Assembly (NCBI GenBank): GCA_050298595.1
Contig: JBNKUM010000089.1
Location: 13,299-77,298, forward strand
Reading direction: 5' to 3'
Origin: Gammaproteobacteria bacterium
Lineage (GTDB): Bacteria; Pseudomonadota; Gammaproteobacteria; GCA-001735895
DNA length: 64,000 nucleotides
In this document: in pieces, positions 52,516 to 63,795 of the stretch
How the letters are laid out: each line of letters starts with the position of its first letter
Numbering within the stretch: the stretch's first letter is position 1
The notes under the pieces: model-generated
What the model saw: the letters and a program-made list of their open reading frames with translations, nothing else
Databases searched by the model: none
What the model was told of the DNA's origin: nothing
Position numbers and translations under genes: made by a program

Positions 52516-54291
52516 ATGCCAGTAGATGCCAGACAGATAGCCAAAACCATCATCAAGGGCTTTAACAAGCACTATCGCATCTTTCTGGATATCACCAAAG
52601 CTGCCCAGCAACGTTTCGAAAACTGCCAGTGGAGCGATGACCGTAAAGCCGCCAAAAAGCGCATCACACTGTATAACAAACGTGTCATTGAGACCAATAC
52701 CATCCTGCGAGAGCAGTTTGCCCAGTATGAATTCGATGAGGCCCTGTGGAGGCAGGTTAAAATCAGTTACCTTCAATTGCTTTATCAGCACAAACAACCC
52801 GAACTGGCCGAAACCTTTTACAACTCGGTGTTTACCTCGCTGTTTCATCGACGCTATTACAATAATGACAATATCTTCGTGCGACCAGGACTATCCACCG
52901 AATACCTGGATGACGATGAGCTCACCTATATCGGTTACTACCCTACCCGTCACGGTATCACCAGCACGGTCAGGCAGATATTAAAACTGAATAATCTATG
53001 CCTGCCTTTCGAAGACTTTAATCGCGATGTACGCCGAGTAGTCATGGTAATAAAACAGCAGATTCTACCGCGTCTGGTGTTTCGCAGGCATTTTCAGATA
53101 CGCGTCTTAAGCAGCCTGTTTTATCGCAACAAGGCCGGTTATATCATCGGTATGGGAGTGAATGGCGATGAAATCATTCCGTTTGCAATCCCGCTGCTGA
53201 ATAACGAGAAAGGCGCGATATATGTAGATACCCTGATCCATCAACCGAACGATATAGCCAACCTGTTTAGCTTTGCGCGCAGCTATTTTATGGTGGACAC
53301 GCAAACACCCTCTGCCGTGGTCAATTTTCTACTACATATCCTGCCGACCAAATCAAAAGCCGATATCTATACCGCTATCGGATTGCAGAAACAGGGTAAA
53401 TCCGAGTTTTATCGCGACTTCTTACATCATCTAAAGCATTCATCAGATCAACTTGAGATTGCACCCGGCATCAAGGGCATGGTGATGACGGTATTCAATC
53501 TACCGTCCTACCCCTATGTATTTAAGGTGATCAACGATGTATTTCCTCCACCCAAAAAAACAACGCGTGATCGGGTTAAGGAAAAATATCAGATCATCAA
53601 GATGCATGACCGTGTTGGGCGTATGGCCGATACGCTGGAATACTCCTATGCCGCCTTTCCGCTGGAGCGTATCTCACCAGCCCTGATGCAGGAGTTGAAT
53701 GAAAAGATTCCCTCCAGCATGGAGATTGAAAACGATATGCTGATCATTCGTCATCTGTATATCGAACGTCGTCTGGACCCACTCAATCTTTATGTTAGCA
53801 ACCCGACCAATGATGCTGAATCTGCCATGCTCGACTATGCCCAGGCCATCAAGGATATGGCGGTAGCCAATATCTTCCCCGGCGACCTGCTGCTGAAAAA
53901 TTTTGGTGTCACCCGTCATGGACGTGTTATTTTTTACGATTACGATGAAATTGAATTCATGACCACGATGAATTTTCGCCACCTTCCCGAGCCAATGACA
54001 CCCGAGCAGGAAATGGCCTCTGAGCCGTGGTATTCGGTTGGTGATTACGATGTTTTTCCTGAAGAATTCATTGCTTTTATTACCGGTAACCCACAGCTAA
54101 AACGCCTGATACTTACAAATTTTGCGGAATTATTTCAACCCAGTTACTGGAAATCGGTACAGCAGGATATTAAAAATCATCGCTATCGTGATATTTTTCC
54201 CTATTCCAGCAGCATTCGATTCGAGAGGGTTTTCACCTCAGAACATCAGCAAACCTCGAATCTTGAGCGTAAACTGGCTGGTAGCCCTTAA
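52516..54291 (+). CDS. aceK: Isocitrate dehydrogenase kinase/phosphatase
   Basis: ELAETFYNSV, APGIKGMVM, HDRVGRMADT, NIFPGDLLLKNFGVTRHGRVIFYDYDEI. Confidence 0.97.
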   Translation: MPVDARQIAKTIIKGFNKHYRIFLDITKAAQQRFENCQWSDDRKAAKKRITLYNKRVIETNTILREQFAQYEFDEALWRQVKISYLQLLYQHKQPELAETFYNSVFTSLFHRRYYNNDNIFVRPGLSTEYLDDDELTYIGYYPTRHGITSTVRQILKLNNLCLPFEDFNRDVRRVVMVIKQQILPRLVFRRHFQIRVLSSLFYRNKAGYIIGMGVNGDEIIPFAIPLLNNEKGAIYVDTLIHQPNDIANLFSFARSYFMVDTQTPSAVVNFLLHILPTKSKADIYTAIGLQKQGKSEFYRDFLHHLKHSSDQLEIAPGIKGMVMTVFNLPSYPYVFKVINDVFPPPKKTTRDRVKEKYQIIKMHDRVGRMADTLEYSYAAFPLERISPALMQELNEKIPSSMEIENDMLIIRHLYIERRLDPLNLYVSNPTNDAESAMLDYAQAIKDMAVANIFPGDLLLKNFGVTRHGRVIFYDYDEIEFMTTMNFRHLPEPMTPEQEMASEPWYSVGDYDVFPEEFIAFITGNPQLKRLILTNFAELFQPSYWKSVQQDIKNHRYRDIFPYSSSIRFERVFTSEHQQTSNLERKLAGSP

Positions 54292-54497
54292 AATTGTAGA
54301 CTTTAAGCGCCTGATTCATAGTCATTTAATTTACTGTTTAGGGGATTAGCAATGCTTATTAAAAAAGCATTGATAAACGCAATGCTGTTTTTAATGGTTA
54401 CTATTGGAATTCACTACAGGAAAATCGTGCCAACAGCCGTTAATATCACTGCTCCTAAATTGGAGAAATCCAACACGTTTCATTTCAGGACACAATC

Positions 54498-54983
54498 ATG
54501 ACGTTTAAAACTGCAGATTTATGCGATGACTTTGCCGACCAGGTTCGCGTTGTAGAACCCGGCTTTTCCGATTTTGGTGGAAATACGGTATTTAGTGGCC
54601 CAATCTCAACCATCAAATGTTATGAAGACAATTCAAAGGTCAGGCAACAATTATCAACGCCTGGCAATGGTCGCGTACTGGTTGTGGATGCCGGTGGTTC
54701 AAAGCGTTGCGCCATGCTAGGTGACATTCTGGCCGATAAGGGCGTACAAAATGGCTGGGCTGGCGTGGTCATGTATGGCCTTATCCGTGACAGTCATGAC
54801 ATTAGCCAGATGCCTATCGGGGTCAAGGCATTGGGTACCCACCCGATGAAAAGCGAAAAGAAAGATATCGGCGATGTTGATGTCGCTGTGCACTTTGGCG
54901 GGGTCACCTTTGTGCCAGGTGAATACCTCTACGCAGATCATGATGGCATCATCGTATCCAGCAACGCGTTAGCACTAAAGTAA
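54498..54983 (+). CDS. rraA: RraA family protein
   Basis: TADLCD, VLVVDAGGS, GWAGVV..G.IRD. Confidence 0.93.
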   Translation: MTFKTADLCDDFADQVRVVEPGFSDFGGNTVFSGPISTIKCYEDNSKVRQQLSTPGNGRVLVVDAGGSKRCAMLGDILADKGVQNGWAGVVMYGLIRDSHDISQMPIGVKALGTHPMKSEKKDIGDVDVAVHFGGVTFVPGEYLYADHDGIIVSSNALALK

Positions 54984-55053
54984 CACTCTGCACCATGTGC
55001 ACAGGGTAAATAAATATATCGAATAAAAAGAAATCAAAACTGAGGAATAGAGC

Positions 55054-56946
55054 ATGTCAAAATATAGTGAGATATATCAACAATCCATCAATGATCCAGA
55101 TACCTTCTGGGCGGCCGCTGCGGAAGAATTACATTGGTATAAAAAATGGGACCAGGTGCTGGACAGAGATGCCAAACCAGTTCCGCGCTGGTTCACGGGT
55201 GGCGAATTCAACACCTGCTATAACGCAGTGGACAGACATGTAGAGTCGGGACGAGGCGATCAAAGCGCCATCATTTATGACTCCCCTATCACAAACCAGC
55301 AGCGCAAGATCAGCTATGCAGAACTGCTTGAACAAGTAGCAAAATTCGCGGGAGTATTACTTAGCCAGGGCGTAAGCAAAGGCGATCGTGTCATTATCTA
55401 TATGCCTATGATCCCCGAAGCTGCGGTTGCCATGTTAGCCTGCGCTCGAATTGGCGCCATCCACTCGGTGGTTTTCGGTGGTTTTGCTGCTAACGAACTG
55501 GCCACCCGTATCGATGATGCAAAGCCCAATGTAATCATCAGTGCCAGCTGTGGTATCGAACCCGGCCGTGTGATCAAGTACAAACCGCTGCTCGACGAAG
55601 CTATTGAGATTGCCAAACACAAGGTAAGCAGTTGCATCATCAAGGCCCGCCCTCAGGCTGAAGCCAGCCTGATCAGTGGCCGTGATATCGACTGGGATAG
55701 CGCTGCCAAAACTGCTGAACCCGCAGATTGCGTTCCGGTACTGGCTACGGATCCTCTTTATATTCTTTATACCTCAGGTACAACTGGACAGCCCAAAGGC
55801 GTTATTCGTGACAATGGCGGTCATGCAGTTGCTATGAACTGGAGCATGAAAAACCTTTATAACGTTGACGCAGGTGACGTGTACTGGGCAGCGTCGGATG
55901 TGGGCTGGGTGGTTGGGCATAGCTATATTGTCTACGCTCCGCTGTTGAAAGGCTGCACTACTATTTTCTACGAAGGTAAACCAGTCGGCACTCCCGATCC
56001 CGGCGCTTTCTGGCGAGTGATCAGTGAACATAACGTGAAGGTATTGTTTACCGCGCCTACCGCATTTCGTGCGATCAAGAAGGAAGACCCTGAGGGTGAG
56101 TTCCTGAAGAAATATGATATCTCCTGCATGGATACTTTATTCCTCGCTGGAGAACGCTGTGACCCGGATACCCTGTTCTGGGCACGCGACAAGCTGAAAA
56201 AACCGGTCGTCGACCACTGGTGGCAAACCGAAACCGGCTGGGGTATCGCCGCCAACCCCATGGGCATAGAGCCAATGGAGGTTAAACCCGGTTCACCAAC
56301 CGTTGCTATGCCGGGATATGACGTACAAATTCTGTCAGAAAATGGCGAACAGATGCCCGATGGTGAAATGGGTAATATCGTCATTAAATTACCCTTACCG
56401 CCCTCCTGCCTACCCAGCCTGTGGGGCAATGACCAGCGCTTTATCGACTCTTATCTCTCCAAGTACCCGGGCTATTACCTGACTGGAGATGCCGGCTATA
56501 AGGATGCTGATGGCTATCTATGGATTATGAGCAGAACCGATGACGTCATCAACGTGGCCGGACATCGTCTATCGACGGGAGCGATAGAAGAAGTACTGGC
56601 AGGTCATGCCGATGTTGCCGAATGTGCCGTTATCGGCGTCAGCGATCAACTTAAGGGTCAGATGCCGCTAGGACTGGTGGTACTGAAGGCTGGTGTAGAT
56701 CGTGACGAAGCTGAAATCGTCCAGGAACTTGTGCAACGTGTACGTGATCTGATTGGTCCTGTTGCTGCTTTTAAAATGGCGCACGTAGTCAAAAGATTAC
56801 CCAAAACACGCTCAGGCAAAATCCTGCGCGGCACCATGGTCAGTATTGCCGATAACAAGGAATGGAAAATGCCTGCCACCATCGATGATCCGCTCATTCT
56901 GCAAGAAATTACAGAAGTCCTGCAGGACATGGGCTACGCCAGATAA
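55054..56946 (+). CDS. prpE: Propionyl-CoA synthetase
   Basis: [30 protein letters not shown]; next to prpBC. Confidence 0.9.
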   Translation: MSKYSEIYQQSINDPDTFWAAAAEELHWYKKWDQVLDRDAKPVPRWFTGGEFNTCYNAVDRHVESGRGDQSAIIYDSPITNQQRKISYAELLEQVAKFAGVLLSQGVSKGDRVIIYMPMIPEAAVAMLACARIGAIHSVVFGGFAANELATRIDDAKPNVIISASCGIEPGRVIKYKPLLDEAIEIAKHKVSSCIIKARPQAEASLISGRDIDWDSAAKTAEPADCVPVLATDPLYILYTSGTTGQPKGVIRDNGGHAVAMNWSMKNLYNVDAGDVYWAASDVGWVVGHSYIVYAPLLKGCTTIFYEGKPVGTPDPGAFWRVISEHNVKVLFTAPTAFRAIKKEDPEGEFLKKYDISCMDTLFLAGERCDPDTLFWARDKLKKPVVDHWWQTETGWGIAANPMGIEPMEVKPGSPTVAMPGYDVQILSENGEQMPDGEMGNIVIKLPLPPSCLPSLWGNDQRFIDSYLSKYPGYYLTGDAGYKDADGYLWIMSRTDDVINVAGHRLSTGAIEEVLAGHADVAECAVIGVSDQLKGQMPLGLVVLKAGVDRDEAEIVQELVQRVRDLIGPVAAFKMAHVVKRLPKTRSGKILRGTMVSIADNKEWKMPATIDDPLILQEITEVLQDMGYAR

Positions 56947-56963
56947 CCTTTACGAGAATTACT

Positions 56964-57845
56964 ATGTTTACAAACTCACCCGGAAAAAGATTCCGCAAAT
57001 TGGTCGAGAGCGAAAAGCCATTACAATGCGTTGGCGCGATCAATGCCTATCACGCGCGTATGGCACAGGCCTCTGGTTTTAAGTCTATCTATATCTCAGG
57101 TGGTGGCGTTGCTGCCGGTTCCTGTGGCATCCCTGATCTGGGCATTACCACACTGGAAGATGTGCTGATTGATGTGCGCCGTATTACTGATGTGACCGAT
57201 CTGCCCCTGCTGGTCGATATCGATGTTGGCTGGGGTGGCGCTTTCAATATTGCACGTGCCATACGCTCCATGACCAAAATGGGTGCCGCAGCGGTCCATA
57301 TCGAAGACCAGGTAATGCAGAAACGTTGTGGCCATCGCCCTAATAAAGCGATAGTGTCATTAGAAGAAATGGTGGACCGCATCAAGGCTGCTGTAGATGC
57401 TAAAACCGACCCCGATTTTGTCATCATGGCACGTACCGATGCACTGGCTGTAGAAGGATTGCAATCCGCTATAGACCGTGCCTGTGCCTGCGCCGAAGCC
57501 GGGGCCGATATGATCTTCCCTGAAGCGATTACCGAGCTTGAAATGTACCGACAGTTTAAGCAAGCCGTAAAGGTACCCATACTGGCGAATATCACAGAAT
57601 TTGGCTCGACCCCCTTATTCACCACAGAAGAACTGGCTTCTGCCAATGTTGATATTGCTCTGTACCCTTTATCGGCTTTCCGCGCTGCCAATGCTGCGGC
57701 ACTCAATGTATATAAAACACTGATTGCTGAAGGCTCACAGAAAAATGTGGTAGATACCATGCAAACACGCGTCGAGTTATACGAATATCTCGACTACTAC
57801 AGCTATGAACAAAAACTCGACGCCCTGTTTTCGGAGGAAAAATAA
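56964..57845 (+). CDS. prpB: 2-methylisocitrate lyase
   Basis: [23 protein letters not shown]. Confidence 0.97.
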   Translation: MFTNSPGKRFRKLVESEKPLQCVGAINAYHARMAQASGFKSIYISGGGVAAGSCGIPDLGITTLEDVLIDVRRITDVTDLPLLVDIDVGWGGAFNIARAIRSMTKMGAAAVHIEDQVMQKRCGHRPNKAIVSLEEMVDRIKAAVDAKTDPDFVIMARTDALAVEGLQSAIDRACACAEAGADMIFPEAITELEMYRQFKQAVKVPILANITEFGSTPLFTTEELASANVDIALYPLSAFRAANAAALNVYKTLIAEGSQKNVVDTMQTRVELYEYLDYYSYEQKLDALFSEEK

Positions 57846-57847
57846 TT

Positions 57848-59002
57848 ATGACTGAAAACCCAAATCAGGTTTTACCGAAAGCCAAAAAATCGGTAGCACT
57901 TTCTGGCACGGCTGCAGGCAATACTGCCATCTGTACCGTCGGGCGCACTGGCAATGATCTGCATTATCGTGGCTATGACATTCTGGATTTTGCAGACAAG
58001 GCTGAATTCGAAGAAATCGCCTATCTGCTGATACATGGCCATCTGCCAAACGCTACTGAACTTAGCCGCTATAAAACCAAACTTAAATCACTGCGTGGAT
58101 TACCAAAGGCAGTAAAAAAAGCACTGGAAGCTTTGCCTTCTACCTCACATCCAATGGATGTTATGCGTACTGCCTGCTCAATATTGGGCACCTGCTTACC
58201 TGAAAAGGAAAGCCATCCAGTGAGCGAAGCACGCGATATTATCGATCGACTGATGGCAAGTTTTGGTTCCGCACTGTTGTACTGGTATCACTTCGCGATA
58301 AATGGCAAACGCATAAGCGTAGAAACCGACGACGATTCAATTGGTGGACATTTCCTACATTTATTGCACGGTGAAAAACCCCGTGAATCATGGGTACGTG
58401 CCATGCATACCTCACTGAATCTCTATGCAGAACATGAATTCAATGCCTCCACCTTTACCGCGCGCGTCATCGCAGGTACCAATTCCGATATATACTCAGC
58501 CATCACTGGAGCCATTGGTGCATTACGTGGTCCAAAACATGGTGGTGCCAACGAAGAAGCCTTCCGCATTCAGAGTCGCTATAAAACTGCCGACGAAGCC
58601 GAGGCAGATATTCGACAACGCGTAGCGAATAAAGAAATCGTTATCGGATTCGGACACCCGGTTTACACCGTAGCTGACCCACGCAACGAAGTCATCAAAG
58701 GCGTCGCTAAAGAACTTTCTGATGAAGCTGGAAATAGCAGGATGTACGATGTTGCTGAACGACTGGAATCGGTGATGTGGGAAATCAAAAAGATGTTCCC
58801 CAACCTTGACTGGTTCTCCGCAGTCTCCTACCACCAGATGGGTGTACCTACCGATATGTTCACTCCCTTATTCGTTATCTCACGCGTCACTGGCTGGGGT
58901 GCGCATGTGATCGAGCAACGCGAAGATGGCAAGATTATTCGACCCTCGGCGCATTACAATGGGCCAGAAAATCGGGAGTATGTTTCTATCGATAAGCGAT
59001 AG
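57848..59002 (+). CDS. prpC: 2-methylcitrate synthase
   Basis: [34 protein letters not shown]. Confidence 0.96.
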   Translation: MTENPNQVLPKAKKSVALSGTAAGNTAICTVGRTGNDLHYRGYDILDFADKAEFEEIAYLLIHGHLPNATELSRYKTKLKSLRGLPKAVKKALEALPSTSHPMDVMRTACSILGTCLPEKESHPVSEARDIIDRLMASFGSALLYWYHFAINGKRISVETDDDSIGGHFLHLLHGEKPRESWVRAMHTSLNLYAEHEFNASTFTARVIAGTNSDIYSAITGAIGALRGPKHGGANEEAFRIQSRYKTADEAEADIRQRVANKEIVIGFGHPVYTVADPRNEVIKGVAKELSDEAGNSRMYDVAERLESVMWEIKKMFPNLDWFSAVSYHQMGVPTDMFTPLFVISRVTGWGAHVIEQREDGKIIRPSAHYNGPENREYVSIDKR

Positions 59003-59170
59003 GTTTTTATTGTTAACCACAGAGCACACGAAGAGCACGAAGGGGGTTCTTTGTTGTGCTTTGTTGATTACCGGGGCTTGCTGGCGCTGCGGTGACGTCC
59101 TACCTAATTGAAAGAGGTATTTAAACCGCAGAAGGCACAGAGAAAAGCAATTTAACGTAGTCCATAACGT

Positions 59171-60178
59171 TTACTCATCAGTTTTTAGCTCTTTAGATTT
59201 TACGAGCCCTTCCAGCGGACTAATGACACCCTTTCCACCACGACCAATGACGTGGGTATAGATTTCAGTTGTTCTCACATCACTATGCCCTAATTGTTCC
59301 TGTACAGTACGTATGTCCATTCCCCTTTCTAGCAGGTGTGTAGCAAATGAGTGGCGCAAAGTATGACAGGTAGCAGGTTTTTGAATACCCGCTTTGAGTA
59401 CCGCAGACTTAACCGCTTTTTGCAGAGCAGAAGCATCCAGATGGTGTCGACGTGTAATCCCGCTACGAGGATCAACACTACGTTTGGATGCCGGGAAAAC
59501 ATACTGCCATCCCCACTCCCTATCAGCATTCGGATACTTCCGAGCTAACGCATGTGGTAAATACACCTTACCGAACCCATCAGCCAAATCCTTATCATGC
59601 ACATTCTTCACCGCTGATAAATGTCGTTTCAATGGAACCACCAAATCCCTGGCAAGCGTCACAACCCGGTTTTTCCCGCCTTTTCCAGCAATAATCATTA
59701 CCGACAAATGATCGAAATCAAGGTTATGGATCCGAAGCCTCAAACACTCCATCAACCTTAACCCGGATCCATACATCAATGCTGCTGCAAGCCACTGACT
59801 ACCATCCAAATGTGCAAACAAGTCGGCGACTTCCAAAGGTGTTAAAACTACAGGAATCTTTGGGCGCTTTCTCGCACGGACGATACCTTTTAACTCACCC
59901 AAAGGGCGCTCAAGAACCTTCGCATACAAAAAAACTAAAGCATTAAGCGCCTGGCTTTGCGTTGATGGAGCAACATCACTGTATACAGACAAGTGAGTGA
60001 GGAATGTGACAACATCCACTTCACTAAGGTTTTTGGGATGCGCTTTGTTATGGAACAGAATAAAACGATAAATCCAGCTCATATACGTTTTTTCAGTAGT
60101 AAATGCATAATGTCCAACACGTAAAATCTGGCGAACACTCTCCATAAAAGGTGATTTTACTGGGTGACTTTCTTCCAT
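59171..60178 (-). CDS. intI: Integron integrase
   Basis: Tyrosine recombinase catalytic motifs (YGSGLR, GKGGK, HTLRHSFATH, LGH, IYTH) plus the IntI-specific insertion VYLPHALARKYPNADREWGWQYVFP. Confidence 0.97.
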   Translation of the reverse strand: MEESHPVKSPFMESVRQILRVGHYAFTTEKTYMSWIYRFILFHNKAHPKNLSEVDVVTFLTHLSVYSDVAPSTQSQALNALVFLYAKVLERPLGELKGIVRARKRPKIPVVLTPLEVADLFAHLDGSQWLAAALMYGSGLRLMECLRLRIHNLDFDHLSVMIIAGKGGKNRVVTLARDLVVPLKRHLSAVKNVHDKDLADGFGKVYLPHALARKYPNADREWGWQYVFPASKRSVDPRSGITRRHHLDASALQKAVKSAVLKAGIQKPATCHTLRHSFATHLLERGMDIRTVQEQLGHSDVRTTEIYTHVIGRGGKGVISPLEGLVKSKELKTDE

Positions 60179-60194
60179 ATCTAGCCTTCATATT

Positions 60195-60209
60195 GTTCTC
60201 AGTTTGTTC
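60195..60209. promoter_or_regulatory. GTTC-N7-GTTC direct repeat (alphaproteobacterial-type LexA box) upstream of intI
   Basis: GTTC-TCAGTTT-GTTC, 16 bp from the intI ATG. Confidence 0.5.
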
Positions 60210-60499
60210 TCATTCAGACCATAATGAATTTAACTTTAAATTTCAAGCTTCTCGTTCCAATATCATGGAAAATTGCGTTAATATTACAGGGGTGCTAAAG
60301 TTCCAGCCCTCAAATCCTGATTTAAGTATCTGAAATACAAGGTAATTTTAGGATATACTGTGAGGTATATATGGTTTCAATTGGTTGATATGCCGCAAGT
60401 TGCGTCTTTTTCACAACATCTGGAACCTGAAATACCAGTTTAAAGTTGCCGTTAAGTAACTGATATAAAAGGGAAATGAATGAATAAACCGCGAATAAA

Positions 60500-60556
60500 T
60501 ACAGCTACACCGTTGCGTGATATGTTGCAATTTGCGGGTTATTCCAACTGTTATGC
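60500..60556 (+). other. Putative attI (core GTTATGC at 60550-60556)
   Basis: The core precedes the first cassette ORF and is complementary to GCATAAC of attC1; left boundary approximate. Confidence 0.8.
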
Positions 60557-60560
60557 ATAA

Positions 60561-61001
60561 ATGAAAAACTATCGCACATTCCTTTTTGTTCTTCTCACAG
60601 TATTTATATCTGGCTGCAGTCAGAAGAGACTTGAGGAAATAACTAATGCCGGAGCAATAGCCGTCACATTGGTTATCGCAATACCTGTGATAGTGGTTTA
60701 TTCTCCTGTTATTCTAGCCAAATTCATCAAGGAAAGAAGAGATTCAAAGTTAAAGGAGGTTAAAATAAATGGTGAAGATTTTGTAGAGCTAGGTGTTGAC
60801 GTATCTAAAGCTGATATAAAGCTGTTACTGGGGGAACCAACAAATAAGTACGCTTGTATCAAACCGAAGTTCGAAATTTGGGAATATGATTTTTCCCAGC
60901 TTAAGGATCAGAAGTATATTGTTTTTGGGGAAGATGATCTAATTCAGTTTTACCCTACGACATGGAAAGTTTCAGACACTTGTTACCAAGTTACTAGCTA
61001 A
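60561..61001 (+). CDS. Cassette 1: putative lipoprotein
   Basis: Lipobox ISGC; SmpA/BamE-like motif SKADIKLLLGEP...WEY. Confidence 0.75.
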   Translation: MKNYRTFLFVLLTVFISGCSQKRLEEITNAGAIAVTLVIAIPVIVVYSPVILAKFIKERRDSKLKEVKINGEDFVELGVDVSKADIKLLLGEPTNKYACIKPKFEIWEYDFSQLKDQKYIVFGEDDLIQFYPTTWKVSDTCYQVTS

Positions 61002-61019
61002 AAATAGAGATAATATATT

Positions 61020-61095
61020 GCATAACAAGGCATTTTCAGTCGGAAATTTTGTTCCGTTACACTCCATAAAATCCCGCTGAAATGCGACGTTAGGT
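61020..61095 (+). other. attC site 1
   Basis: GCATAAC...imperfect palindrome...GTTAGGT. Confidence 0.9.
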
Positions 61096-61121
61096 TTTTA
61101 AAAGGAGGAGGAACAGGGTCT

Positions 61122-61430
61122 ATGGGTAAATACGAATTCGAAGGCCCTGATGCAATGAGCACTGAAGACGAGAAAATCGTCGAGGCTCTCACGGAAGCGG
61201 AAGTTACAAGTATCGATGAATGGGTCCTGTCCAGCGTCGAAGAAAAATGGAGGAAAGTCGCAATGATTGTTGCTCGGGTTATTAAGAAGTCCGATGAAGC
61301 AGGCGTCCTGCGCGAGGTGCCAGATATCTTCTTCGCAATGCGGATTCATCATCATTGCAAAGTCGGAATCCTGGAACTAAGGGGCGATAAGAGCCGAATG
61401 AGGTATTGCGAGGTCCATCGAGTTGCGTAG
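61122..61430 (+). CDS. Cassette 2: hypothetical protein (DUF3658-like)
   Basis: IDEWVLS...WRKVAMIVA...GDKSRMRYCEV; AGGAGG upstream. Confidence 0.75.
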   Translation: MGKYEFEGPDAMSTEDEKIVEALTEAEVTSIDEWVLSSVEEKWRKVAMIVARVIKKSDEAGVLREVPDIFFAMRIHHHCKVGILELRGDKSRMRYCEVHRVA

Positions 61431-61447
61431 CCGTCAAGCTGCAGAAA

Positions 61448-61563
61448 ACCTAACACACACATCCAGCCGACCCACAACTCCGCGCGGTTTTTTTGCGCAT
61501 GGCTTCGCCATTATTGCGCAAACGCCGCACTCCGTTGTGGTCGGCTGATGTTAAGCGTTAGAT
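61448..61563 (+). other. attC site 2
   Basis: ACCTAAC...cagccgacccacaac/gttgtggtcggctg...GTTAGAT. Confidence 0.9.
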
Positions 61564-61573
61564 TGGGAATGAC

Positions 61574-62056
61574 ATGGAAGAAGTGATCAAATTTCTTGGT
61601 GGGACAGCAATCGCTATCGCAGCTGTAGCATGGTTAATAAAAGCCTTGGTAAGCCATTTGCTCGGCAAGGATGTTGAGACATTTAAGTCCCGCATAAAGT
61701 ATGAGGCAGAGCATGGCAACCACCTCCTCATGCAGAAGATATCCTTGTACAAAGAGGTGGCAAATCCAGTCATCGATCTGATCGTAAAAGCCCAACACAA
61801 CGGTCAATTAACACAGGCAGATCTTCAGCAATTCGATAAAGACCGATTATCAACAACCGCTTTATTAGCTATGTTTGCACCAGTTGATGTCTTTGATGAA
61901 TACAATAATATGATCGACTACATCTATGATGCAGTTGAAAGAAAGCAAACGTGGGGCTTCGATATCTTTAGAGGCAAAGCTTTAATATTCCTGTCCGCCG
62001 TACGCCTCGATATAGGTCTGTACGATGACTCAGTTAAATACAATGGAACCAGATAA
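61574..62056 (+). CDS. Cassette 3: hypothetical protein with an N-terminal TM helix
   Basis: 160 aa ORF filling the cassette. Confidence 0.75.
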   Translation: MEEVIKFLGGTAIAIAAVAWLIKALVSHLLGKDVETFKSRIKYEAEHGNHLLMQKISLYKEVANPVIDLIVKAQHNGQLTQADLQQFDKDRLSTTALLAMFAPVDVFDEYNNMIDYIYDAVERKQTWGFDIFRGKALIFLSAVRLDIGLYDDSVKYNGTR

Positions 62057-62119
62057 ATCTAACAAGGCGCTCGTGTGGGACCGTCGCTTCGCTCCGGCCC
62101 CACAGCTTGGCCGTTATCT
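62057..62119 (+). other. attC site 3
   Basis: ATCTAAC...GTTATCT, 63 bp. Confidence 0.9.
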
Positions 62120-62155
62120 GTGTAGGCTGCCTCAATCCTAAAGGATGAATTTTCT

Positions 62156-62845
62156 ATGAAATTGAAAACACTTGAAGATGATGGTGAACAATTCGATGTT
62201 TCGGTGTATGAATCTGATGAAAACTCTCCAGTGGTACTTTTTGCTGTTGGCTCTGGAGGCCTGCCTAATCGATACAGTTCGCTTTTAAAAGTATTAGTGA
62301 ATTCGGGTTTCACTGTCATTGCTCCGCATTTCGAACGACTTGTTTCGCCATATCCTAAAGAGAATGAACTGGTATTGCGGGGGAGGCGACTGTCTCTTGC
62401 TCTCAATGCATTCAGTCAAAACGGTGCTAAGGTTGCTGGTGTCGGCCACTCTATTGGTGCAAGTACCCTTTTAGCTATGGCTGGTGCTGGAATGTGGTTA
62501 GACCCCGAGACAAAAATTAATATTGCTCCCGAATCCAAACTATCTCGTTTAGCATTATTGTCACCGCCAACTGGATTTTTTCGGGCACCTGGAGCATTGG
62601 ATAACGTGACTGCCCCAATTTTGGTTTGGGTTGGTTCTGAAGATGACATAACGCCCCTGGAGCAAAGCAAATGGTTGGCGCAAACTATTACTAGTTCGCC
62701 TCCTGTCGATCTTAAAGTTGCTGAGGGTGCTGGGCATTTTTCATTCATGGATCAGGCTCCTCCAAATACCATTGAACCATTGGTCAATAAGAATGAATTT
62801 ATTGCTCAGTATTCAAGAGAGGTTTCTAAATTTATAGCTGGGTAA
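62156..62845 (+). CDS. Cassette 4: alpha/beta hydrolase
   Basis: GHSIG nucleophile, GSEDDITP Asp, GAGHF His. Confidence 0.88.
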   Translation: MKLKTLEDDGEQFDVSVYESDENSPVVLFAVGSGGLPNRYSSLLKVLVNSGFTVIAPHFERLVSPYPKENELVLRGRRLSLALNAFSQNGAKVAGVGHSIGASTLLAMAGAGMWLDPETKINIAPESKLSRLALLSPPTGFFRAPGALDNVTAPILVWVGSEDDITPLEQSKWLAQTITSSPPVDLKVAEGAGHFSFMDQAPPNTIEPLVNKNEFIAQYSREVSKFIAG

Positions 62846-62885
62846 GTTGCGCAACCTAATTAAAAGGCTGACCGTTAAATGAAAC

Positions 62886-62967
62886 AGATAACAAGGCAAA
62901 TTCACTCGGACGCCAAAAAGCGCCGCTTCGCTTTGCTTTTTGTCTCCAGTGATTTGCGGCGTTATAC
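62886..62967 (+). other. attC site 4
   Basis: AGATAAC...GTTATAC, 82 bp. Confidence 0.9.
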
Positions 62968-62979
62968 GCAATAAAATAT

Positions 62980-63795
62980 ATGAGCATTGTAGAAATCGAG
63001 GAAAAGCTGTTTGTAGAGAACGAAAAAATTGGTGTTTCGGTCTACGATTTTGAATTTGAGTTATATTTCTCATGCAAACACCCCTATATTCTTAATAGTG
63101 ATCGTCCCTGTGTCTTGAGAAAGGGGGCTATCTCTGACTATGAGCGAGAGTATGGCGATAAACAGGAACTGGGGGTAAATCTGATAAATAATCCTGCCCA
63201 GCACTTGTTAGCAAGCGAGCTATCTGAATGGTACGAGCATATACAAGAATATACGCCTTTCTCCATTTGTGAAGATAAATTCCCTGATGTTGAAGCAATT
63301 GAAAATAAATTCGGCTGGCCAGTATTTATCAAAGGATCTAGACAAACAAATCGCCATAGCCCTGAATTATCGATTGCAAAAAATGCAACGGAATATTCAT
63401 TGATTCAGGAGAAATATAAAAACGATCCCATTTTACACTGGCAACAAGTTGCAGTTAGGAAATTTATAGAGTTATCGCCACTAAAGGAATCGGTTCCCGG
63501 TAAAGTCATGGCGTCAAGAGAGTATAGAACGTTCTGGTGGCAAGAAAAACTTGTAGGCTGGGGGTGTTATTGGTTTCAAATAAAAGAATACTCAGATAAT
63601 GATATTGATGAAGGTCTGGGAATTGCAGAGCAGGTTGCAAAGAAACTAAAAGTTCCATTTATTGCAATCGATATTGCCAAGACAGTACGTGGCGATTGGA
63701 TAGTAATAGAGTGTAATGATGCGCAAGAATCCGGTTATGCAGGTGTTTCACCAAAAGCTCTTTGGGAGAACATTTTAAATGAAATCAGCGTATAA
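62980..63795 (+). CDS. Cassette 5: ATP-grasp domain protein (DUF4343-like)
   Basis: PVFIK, VRKFIEL, EYRTFW, FIAIDIA...WIVIECNDAQESG. Confidence 0.85.
   Translation: MSIVEIEEKLFVENEKIGVSVYDFEFELYFSCKHPYILNSDRPCVLRKGAISDYEREYGDKQELGVNLINNPAQHLLASELSEWYEHIQEYTPFSICEDKFPDVEAIENKFGWPVFIKGSRQTNRHSPELSIAKNATEYSLIQEKYKNDPILHWQQVAVRKFIELSPLKESVPGKVMASREYRTFWWQEKLVGWGCYWFQIKEYSDNDIDEGLGIAEQVAKKLKVPFIAIDIAKTVRGDWIVIECNDAQESGYAGVSPKALWENILNEISV

Noticed and set aside
54352-54372. AATGCTT-N7-AAGCATT inverted repeat upstream of rraA as an operator
   Set aside because: Single AT-rich occurrence with no cognate regulator in view; cannot be supported.
44524-57760. Long antisense ORFs such as 44524-45147 and 57089-57760, and other shadow ORFs in the track
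   Set aside because: They overlap confidently identified genes on the opposite strand or frame and show no motifs.
60358-60373. Canonical gammaproteobacterial LexA box
   Set aside because: CTGT is present but the ACAG half-site is missing.
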